Part shown: positions 54,542-64,000 of the stretch, in pieces
How positions within the stretch are numbered: position 1 is the stretch's first letter
Layout: each line of letters begins with the position of its first letter
Source of the DNA: Amoebidium appalachense
Taxonomy: Eukaryota; Protista; Ichthyosporea
Direction: 5' to 3'
Assembly (NCBI GenBank): GCA_963693365.1
Contig: CAVNZM010000012.1
Location: 4,268,409-4,332,408 of the forward strand
DNA: 64,000 nt
The notes under the pieces: generated by a model
What the model was told of the DNA's origin: nothing
Databases searched by the model: none
Seen by the model: the letters and a program-made list of their open reading frames with translations, nothing else
Translations under genes and position numbers: made by a program

Positions 54542-54770
54542 CAGGCAGTTGTGAAATTCTTTTGACTCAGACCCCTCTCGCACTTGCATTGAGTCTCGCA
54601 CACACCACCCATACCCACAGGATAGGAAGCAGAAAACGTGCCTTCATCGTACCCAGGGCCTACCTAGGGTCACTACTTCAAACGTAGAAGTTCAACCAAT
54701 CTCCAATGATATTGCAATATACACGTGTACATGTCTTTGTAACGAACGATGATCAGGTACTAATAATTAA

Positions 54771-55093
54771 CCCCTAGGCTTTCGCCGATGCATTTTTGCA
54801 TCATTTTCAAAAATAAATGCATCAGCGACCTTTGAAATTAAATAGCACCCGTTGCGTCATAGTGTTGGCGCCGGGAATTTTTGTCTAATTTAGATATGTT
54901 GTTGCTTTCGATTTGCTTATTGGCTCGGCTCAGCCAAGTGCCCCCCGGGCACGATCATCAGAAACGTACACATACCATGGCATGCACTGCCTCTCTACGA
55001 ACAAAATCCAAATAAACACACCGCACGAAGAAAACCCCTCTACCCTATCCTCCCCCTCCACTACCCTCAATGCGTGGGCGTGTGTTTCAGTGT

Positions 55094-55177
<84 letters not shown>

Positions 55178-55639
55178 CATAATATTTGTTTTCTACTTTC
55201 GAAAGACACCAAAAACACCGGGGTTGACTATGTTTTTCTATTTTGCGTGGGTGTCTAACCTAACTGTGTCTATATTTTCATCGAGCAACCCCCCGATTTC
55301 GAAGGGTGGTGGCAAGTGAATGCCCGGGATTCTGAGGGATTCCAACCCTGGAATCGATCGGCTCATAAGTGCTTCAATCCGATCTGCTGCCTATCTTTAC
55401 GGGGATTCATATTACGTAACTTTCGTGAAAGAAACCCAGTCGCGGTCGACAAATTCGACACAAATCACGTATTCATAACACGTGCGGATGCATAGGAACA
55501 CGCCGTTTTTTTTATGGCACACAAATACGGACATATATATATGTGCTTGTTGCATATTTGTCTACATGGGCCGCTTTTAATGATTTTTTTCTATTTTTCA
55601 AATCTTGCCTATTTTGGCTTTCGGGCGAACGGCTCGGGG
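54771..55639. mobile_element. Non-autonomous piggyBac-type element, 869 bp
   Basis: TTAA target duplication (54767-54770, 55640-55643). Imperfect 16-bp TIRs CCCCTAGGCTTTCGCC / GGCGAACGGCTCGGGG (13/16). Subterminal palindrome GATGCATTTTTGCATC. Confidence 0.65.
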
Positions 55640-55931
55640 TTAATCATGCTTGAGGGTACAAGTAGGTCTGTGCGCCGGCTGTCGCCGGCGCCAAAACATA
55701 ACGAAACAGTTATTGATGTTGGGTTGTGTGGTTGTTACCTCCCTCTCCCCTCCCCCCCCCCCCCCCGCCCCCCCCCCCCCCCCCCCCCTCCCTCGCCTTA
55801 CGCTTCCCCCCCCCCCCCCCACCCCCGCCCCCCCCCGCCTCACGCTTCCTCCCCCCCCCCGGCCCCCCCCCCCCCCCCCAAATCCTGCAGTTGCTGGATC
55901 TGCCAAATGTTATGACCCTTTTCCCTTTCAT

Positions 55932-55985
<54 letters not shown>

Positions 55986-56326
55986 TTTCTTGCCACACTG
56001 TGTTATCAGTCTAGGGCCGGGAGAGATTGCCATTGCCGAAGTACCAAGTTTACTTGTGGTCCTCCAAAAACATGTAGCTGAAAACCACCAAGTGCAATAT
56101 ATATGTTCTAAATTGCTTGCAAAATTTTTATAATATTAATATTTTTATTATTTTGTTGTTTTACTTATTTTACAGAACTGTTTGGTAACCCGATGATATG
56201 CATGGACAGGCAATAAAACTTTCCACGTGTTCCCGAACAAAAAATCATCATTCTACGGTGTGTGTCAATATACCATGCTCACAAGTCAGTACTGCAATTA
56301 TACTATTCTCAGTTTACTTCAAAGCA

Positions 56327-56367
<41 letters not shown>

Positions 56368-56828
56368 CCCTCTTCCCATTCCCTGCCCCCCCCCCAATTT
56401 TGTTTTTATGCTTTTCATACTCAGTGACTGCAATCATGGCACCCGTGTTTTCTAGATATATTTCCTTTCATTGTGTTCAACGTCTATGTGTGTGTGTGTG
56501 TGTGTGTGCATGTTTGTGTGTGTGTGAATGTGTGTGTGTGGGCCAAGTGAAGGTTGTATGCGTTTTTTTCTTCTTAGTTGTTTTTGTATTCTATTCGATT
56601 ATTACTTTGTGTGTAAATGTGGAAAAAAAACAAATAGAAAAAATTACCAATGACCACCGCCCAGCTTGAATCACCCTAGCTCTAGTGTAAAAAAATAATC
56701 ATTATCAGTCACAAACCCTTCTACTACACTCGCCCCAAATGTCATATTCACATTACTGAGTTGATTTAGTTGTGTTTTTTACTCTATTTTTTTCAACAAC
56801 TGTCTGCTATTAAACAGTAAAATGTACA

Positions 56829-56869
<41 letters not shown>

Positions 56870-57028
56870 ATATAGAATTTACCGTCTTCATCCCCGTGTC
56901 CCCCTAAACCGGTGTTAGCGGACCTTTGAGGTTTTGTGATTGGATTGGTAGTTCTATTACATTAAATTTTCAAAATGTCGTTGTACCAATGATATAATAC
57001 GTTGTAAAACAAATGTCGCCGAATTTCT

Positions 57029-57737
57029 CTAAAAAAAGTGCGTTCCATTCTGGGTTAGAAACCAAAACCGTTTTGATACGGGAATCACCTGATCTCTGCC
57101 GTCATTCAGCCCAGCGCGTTCACAGTGAATCCGAAACCGCTGGTTGTTTTCTTTTTATTTCAAAGCCCCGAGTACGTACATCCTCTCGGGCCCAACTTTA
57201 CGGCACTATATTTCAATTTTCTCATTATCAAATATATAGTTATTTTAGGCTTTTTCATTAGTATCGCAAGAATATTCAGCGATTTTGATGTCATAAAAAC
57301 AACTAAGCAACGTTTCGATGGTTTTTGATGCCTCACAAAATGGCCCTAGGTCCCCTCCAAATTCCGGATTTGAGGTCCGGCACTAAAAAAGGTGCGTTCC
57401 ATTCTGGGTTAGAAACGAAAACCGTTTTGATACGGGAATCACCTGATCTCTGCCGTCATTCAGCCCAGCGCGTTCAGAGTAGACTCCGAAACCGCTGGTT
57501 TTTTTCTTTTTATTTCAAAGCCCCGAGTACGTACATCCTCTCGGGCCCAACTTTACGGCACTATATTTCAATTTTCTCATTATCAAATATATAGTTATTT
57601 TAGGCTTTTTCATTAGTATCGCAAGAATATTTAGCGATTTTGATGTCATAAAAACAACTAAGCAACGTTTCGATGGTTTTTGATGCCTCACAAAATGGCC
57701 TTTGGTCCCCTCCAAATTCCGGATTTGAGGTCCGGCA
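57029..57737. repeat. Tandem duplication of a ~354-bp unit (2 near-identical copies)
   Basis: 57029-57382 and 57383-57737 both run CTAAAAAA.GTGCGTTCCATTCTGGG...GATTTGAGGTCCGGCA with only a few substitutions. Confidence 0.9.
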
Positions 57738-57944
57738 AACAACGCATTATATATTTTGTTAATGTGGCAACCTCATGAGATGCAACGGCTTACACAACAA
57801 TGCTACAACTTTAAGCCGATTTCTGTAGAGTACACAGGCTATCCTCTCCCCCCCCCCCCCCCCCCCCCCCCCCCCCACCCCACCCCCTCTCCTAATTCCC
57901 TGTGCCCCCCCCCCCCCCCCCCCCCCGCCCCCTCTCCTAATTCC

Positions 57945-57978
<34 letters not shown>

Positions 57979-58007
57979 GCGCCCCCTCTCCTAATTCCCC
58001 TGTGCCC

Positions 58008-58053
<46 letters not shown>

Positions 58054-58662
58054 CCCACCCTGCCCCCGCGGCCGGGAGGTCTTTCGACCGCGGCGCTTGT
58101 GGGATAATGGGCCGTATTTGCTAACTTTACGTTATGGTACAAAAAAATTAGTATTAGAGTTTACATCAACGAATATAATTTAGCTATAGTCGAGGTCTCC
58201 AAGTCCCGAGCTCTACCACATTGTGTACCAAACCATGGCCATGGCCCACATTTGCTTTTTTTTTCGCTCCAATCAAGATGGCGCTTGGATCGATTTCGAA
58301 CAAGCACAATCTCTCTCTCTCCCTCCGGGTCTCGTTCCCCAGACCATTCATGTTGCTACTTGCTCACGGGGGTCCAAACTGTGAGTCAGACGGGGAAAGA
58401 GGGGGGGGGGGGGGAGGAGAAGGGGAGGGGGGGAGAGTGGTGCAGGTTTGTTTGTCAGAAATTGATGAATATCCATTTCAATTTCAATCCAGCTCGGATT
58501 TTGGTAGCAAACACGAATGCTCCGGCATTTTTCGAGCCTGTCAAGGCTTATGCTATAATCAATATCAATCGAACTATGTACAGCATTTCGTACCATCACG
58601 GGGTTTACAGCTTGCATGTCACAAGCACAGAGCTAAGTAAAAAAGAGTCTGTGTGCATGTGT

Positions 58663-58703
<41 letters not shown>

Positions 58704-58756
58704 GCGCGTGCGGGGCACACCGTGTGCTTGTGCTTGTGCCTGTGTGTGTGTGTGCG

Positions 58757-58819
<63 letters not shown>

Positions 58820-59094
58820 GCGCGCACACGCGTGCATATGCGTCTTCTGTGTGTGTGTACGTGTGCCCGGGTGTAAGTGTGCAAATGTTCGTTTAAATAC
58901 ATGTAAATACATGTATCAATGGCATTGTGGTACGCTGTGTTACAGTGCTGGCGCATGTGCGCGTCCAACACCCACTTATATTTTCTTTCATTATTTCCTC
59001 AGATCCTACATAGGTCGATCCACCAGGACACACACACCTGTTCCGCCAAGGTTATTTTATACCAACAACCCTGCACAAGCCGGAAGGGAGGGAG

Positions 59095-59139
<45 letters not shown>

Positions 59140-59414
59140 AAAAAAAAAGGAAAAGTAAAGGATGAAAAAAAAAAAAAAGAGTCTGTGGTGGCGGGTGGAG
59201 ATAATCGGAAGAGTCCATATTGTGTAATCTATCCAATATGCAATTCCTATTCAATGTATCCTCCTAAGCTCATCTCGCTTAGACCACCCATTGGCATGGC
59301 CGAAATTTCGAACCCAACCACTCAGATTCCACCCCACTGCATCATTATACACACAGTCACTTAAACCACCACAACTATAGCAGGGCCCCACATTACGACA
59401 TTTGCACGAGAGCC

Positions 59415-59527
59415 TTAGCTGGCCGATTTCTTCTTGTCTTGTGCCGCCGGTTTTGCTGAGGTGGTCTGTAGATGGGGAATTTAATTAGTAAAACGAACAC
59501 AGAATCGGAGTGCAAATTTCGTTTACA

Positions 59528-59579
<52 letters not shown>

Positions 59580-59763
59580 AAAACAAAACAAAAAAGGCAG
59601 ACATCCACTATCCCTGCTCCCCCCTCAAATAAACGGGTCCAGGGACACACACAACCATACACATACATGGGTAGTAGCCACGGACGAAGAGAAGAAGAAA
59701 CAGGACATTCTTAAGAGAATAAAAAGAAATAGAAATGTGTGGGTGGTGGTGGGTGGTGGTGGT

Positions 59764-59840
<77 letters not shown>

Positions 59841-60888
59841 GGGTTCAACAGCAGTGTAGAAGTAGGGGCTGTGGCAGAAAGGGAAAAAAGAGGGAAAATG
59901 GCAAAGAGGGTAACTATACAACGACAAATACCATTACGATTACACACTGGTCTTAGCATATGCAATCACGAAAGATCACAAAAGCACTTATGATTTTAGG
60001 CAACATCGTTATGAAAACAGCTGGCTCACCGACTCACACGATTAGTCATGGTTTGCATCCTTTCTTAGCCAACCAGGTCGCAACTTTTTGCCATTGAGCA
60101 ACACCGCCTCACAAGCTTATGTCTTTAACTCACCCCCCCCCCCCCCCCCCCCCCCCCCCAAAAGGGTCATCTTTGGCCGACCTCCTATCCAAGTAGCGTG
60201 AAAATACAACACAAAATCACCCAAACACAGAATCCGTCATCACAATTACACAAAAAACTAGCAATAACACTTACGTTTTTAGGCAACATTTTCATAAATG
60301 CGGCGGCCGTGTCCTGCACACTGGGCATAGGCGGGGGTGTGGCCTCTGGGGCATCACTCCTCAGGCAGATGAAAACAGGTTCACCCCCCTCCTGCGTGTC
60401 GAAAAATAATAAATTGCCACTCCCCTGTCCCTTGTAATCCCCCCCCCCCCCCCCCCCCCTCTCTTTCTCTTTTCTTTCGGTGTCCGGGAAGAATAAAGGA
60501 GGAAAAAAAAAAGCAAGAAACGTTTAACCCCCCCCCCCCCCAAAAAAAAAAAAAAAAAAAAAAAAAGCCCCATATAAATCAAGCACCCCGTTGTTGTGCA
60601 AAGAATGCACATGCCGACAGGTACCCACCAAAGACTTGGCCATGTTCTTTGCCCGGGGGTGCTGCCTGGGTACCGCAATGGGCGGGTTGAAGCCCCCCTG
60701 GCTGTTGTCGTATTCCTGCATGTATGTATGTTAGTCTTTATATTCATATATTTGCATTTTTGCGATGCCATGTTCATCTAGTTATACTTCTCAGTGTTTA
60801 ACTTGATTTGCCTTAGCATACTATTGGGTAATTGTCATACACATTGGCAAATGGGATGCTGGGTCATGTGATAGCCTGCGTCCCTTTG

Positions 60889-60958
<70 letters not shown>

Positions 60959-60959
60959 A

Positions 60960-61006
<47 letters not shown>

Positions 61007-61261
61007 ACCCGAACCCACGCCAAACACGATGGTACCAACACCCACCCACAAACCCACCCACCCAGTCAACTTCGCACCCACACACCCAGACATGTGTCCA
61101 CACACACATGCTCACCGGAACAAGGTGAAAAAACAAAACGAAGGTGAAAACATGCAAAAAACGTTCAGTATCGATGTATATTCATATGCGCAAGGCCGAG
61201 GGCAGCAAAGAGACGGCAATGACAGAACCGACCCCGAGCAGACAAGACAGCAGGGTAGCAG

Positions 61262-61292
<31 letters not shown>

Positions 61293-62015
61293 TTCTCCAT
61301 ATATACACACAAACACACACACGCTCGTACCACCCACCCCATAACAGGAAAAAAAAAAAAAAAAAAAAAAAGTAAGAAGAAGAAGAACAACAAGAATCGG
61401 AAAGCCAAAAAAACCAAAAGCCCATGGCAAAACACAAAAACTCGAACACCATACCTGCAGGAGTCGTATTGGTGGTTTGCGCAGGCCTGGGGGCAGGAGG
61501 GGTATGTGGCCTGAGTCACCCTGTGGCCTCTTGAGCATCTCCGTCACTAGTGCTGCCACGGCCGGGTGGGAATGTGTCTGCGCAAAAAACGACCAATCAG
61601 AAATAGTGAAAAAAGACTACATAAGGCTAAACAGAAGGGATTGACGAATTTTACGTTCTCGGAGAGTGGAGAGATGGGGGAAGGAAGTTGGAAGCAAAGT
61701 ACAACACGCTTGGGGGAAGGGGGAGGGTGGGGGGTGGGTTTGGGGGGTTGATGGAAATGGACCACTTGTGGGTGCCCGGGAGAATGCCACCTTCCTTTCA
61801 AACACTCCCCCCCCTTCCCTCGGGGCGCCGGCCCCTCCCCACACCATGCACCCTTTGTTCGTCAAATAACCAGTGAACGGCCGAACGAAAACCGGAACAT
61901 GGCAATGTGCCAGCACACAAACATATGCATCCACTCAAAATCAACCAACCCACCCCCCACACATACCCACCCACCCACTCCCCCCTCCCCCAACACACAC
62001 ACTCCCCCCCCCCCC

Positions 62016-62088
<73 letters not shown>

Positions 62089-62100
62089 CCACCCATCCGT

Positions 62101-62148
<48 letters not shown>

Positions 62149-63319
62149 CCTTCCCCCGCCACCCACCCTGAGTGCATGCAGTTCCCACAATCCAGCAGCC
62201 ATTGCATTTGCCGTCTCCGGGTCCTCCGCCTCAGCAAGATACACCCCGGCACCAAGGCCCTCACTGTCCAGCATGCCCTGCACACGTGGCTGCTTCTGTA
62301 AATGTGGAATATGTAAAAGGTCAGTTTTTCCATGTTTATTCAACCGAATATCCAAATATCCCACGGAAATGCGAGCATACGTTGAGCACGTGCTTGCTTC
62401 TGTATATTCGTAATATGCAAACGAGTCAGTTTTTCCGTGTTTATCCAAACGAATATCCAAATAGCCCACGGAAATGCGACTAGACACTGAATACGTGGTT
62501 GCTTCTGTATATGGAAAATGTAAACGAGTCAGTGTTTCCGTGTTTATCCAACCGAATATCCAAATAGCCCAAGCAAATGCCAACATACACTGAGCACGTG
62601 GTTGCTTCTGTATGATTTGAAAATACAGGGAAAACACTCGGTCAGTTTTTCAATGTTTATACCTAAAGGGTTATCCAAATACCACAAAGGAATATCGAAA
62701 AATTTGCGCTAAGTGCGAGCATACACCGAACAAATGGTTGCTTCTGCATATGGAATATGTAATCGAGTCAGTTTTTCCGTGTTTATCTAACCAAATATCC
62801 AAATACCCAATGCAAATGCGAGCATACACTGAACACGTGGTTGCTTTTGTAGCATTGGAAAATACGGGTAAAATACACAGTCAGTGTTCAATAATTATAT
62901 CTAATGGAATACTCAAATACCGTAGAGGAATATCCAAATATCATACATGGATATCCAAATACGAAAAAGGAATAAGCAAATACCCTGCGCATACACTGGA
63001 CATGTGGTTGCTATGAACATGAAAAATGCACCCTTCAGTATTTCAATATTTGTATCCAAGAGAATGCCTACATATTACGCCGAGTTGCTGCTGCCCTTGG
63101 CAAGATAGACGGATATTTCTAATTTACCAGAGTCTCAACACCATGCATGATTGCTGCTGCTGTAGAAAAGATAGACGGAGATTTTCGAGTTTACAGGTTT
63201 ACACACACACACACACACACACACATCCATCCCCCCCCCCCCCCCCCACCACCACCACACAGACACCAACTCACCCAAACACCCACACCACTGCCACACA
63301 CATACGCTCACCTCCCCCC

Positions 63320-63351
<32 letters not shown>

Positions 63352-63408
63352 ACACACACACCACCACCACCACCACCAACACACACACACAACCACACAG
63401 ACGTCCCC

Positions 63409-63486
<78 letters not shown>

Positions 63487-63622
63487 AAGAAAGAAAAAAA
63501 CAAGCACACACCTGCATAAGCTGGTTAGCCATAGCCACCACCCCGACTGCCGCACCCCCCGGTATCTGCAAAGCCACTGATAGCAGCCGCTTAACAAAAC
63601 TGGCAACACGTCCGGCTGTCAA
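59415..63622 (-). CDS. NOC3: Nucleolar complex protein 3 (CBF/Mak21 domain), 3' part
   Basis: Exons (minus): 63622-63512, 62295-62167, 61577-61455, 60715-60629, 60391-60275, 59465-59415 (last two less certain). [14 protein letters not shown]...[43 protein letters not shown]...FNPPI matches the NOC3 C-terminal region. Confidence 0.85.
62270..63020. repeat. Diverged ~104-bp tandem array overlapping a NOC3 splice acceptor
   Basis: CACGTGGTTGCTTCTG-like junction at 62283, 62387, 62492, 62595, 62731, 62834 and 63001. Confidence 0.85.
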
Positions 63623-63816
63623 CTGCACAGGGCAAAAAAAAAAAAAAAAAAAAAAAAAGTCAGTATACAAGTCAACGTGCATCAGAGTCCTCAAAACGAA
63701 GCAGGGAATTGAAGGGGCTTCTGCTGAAATCTTCCCAACCCCATGACATACACGTACGGGGGGAGAGGTGGGTGGGCGGGGTGGGTGGGGGGGTGGGGTG
63801 GGGGGGGGGGGGGGGG

Positions 63817-64000
63817 TTGAATGCGGAACACGGTACGAAGTACGCATACACGACGAGAAGCATGGTGCAGGACACATGCAAAGGCAAACATTCAAGTATG
63901 CAACATCAGCCATGCGCACAGTATGCGTCATAAGCAGAGCCCATCCTCAGGGAGGACCCAAGTCATCAATTGCGTCTGAGTTTCGACCCCTTAGCCCGCG
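63817..64000 (-). mobile_element. Dispersed structured repeat, copy 3 (truncated by the window edge)
   Basis: Reverse complement is near-identical to 9777-9943, with a ~14-bp insertion. Confidence 0.75.

Noticed and set aside
58187-58236. tRNA-like fragment on the minus strand
   Set aside because: No T-arm/B box or acceptor stem; at most a decayed SINE head.

Overview
Eukaryotic, intron-dense genomic DNA whose introns are packed with (CA)n/(TG)n, (CT)n and poly-C/poly-G tracts; almost all ORFs in the supplied track are microsatellite artefacts. Manual splicing (GT-AG, phase-checked) gives seven protein genes. (1) The 3' part of a long coiled-coil protein with an HMMR/KIF15-type C-terminal motif and a KEN box (+, <178-17434). 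(2) An intronless Vestigial-like-4/Tondu-motif protein (+, 20106-20861), preceded by a cluster of TEAD/Scalloped binding motifs. (3) A novel ~8-TM membrane protein with a UIM and a PPxY motif (-, 22809-32974). (4) A PRXL2/SelU-family selenoprotein with an in-frame UGA in a UxxC motif and a canonical SECIS (-, 35072-36377). (5) A casein kinase 1 (-, 39463-45932). (6) A 50-aa Lys/Ala-rich microprotein (-, 51479-51900). (7) The 3' part of NOC3 (-, 59415->63622). The window also holds a tRNA-derived SINE, Tc1/mariner-type and piggyBac-type MITEs, minisatellites and a structured intronic repeat with compensatory base changes. The gene content (VGLL4-like protein, Sec recoding, HMMR_C) suggests a holozoan, possibly a unicellular relative of animals; this is inference only. 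The most striking signals are the Tondu gene with its TEAD-motif cluster (a candidate Hippo-pathway feedback module) and the recoded selenoprotein.
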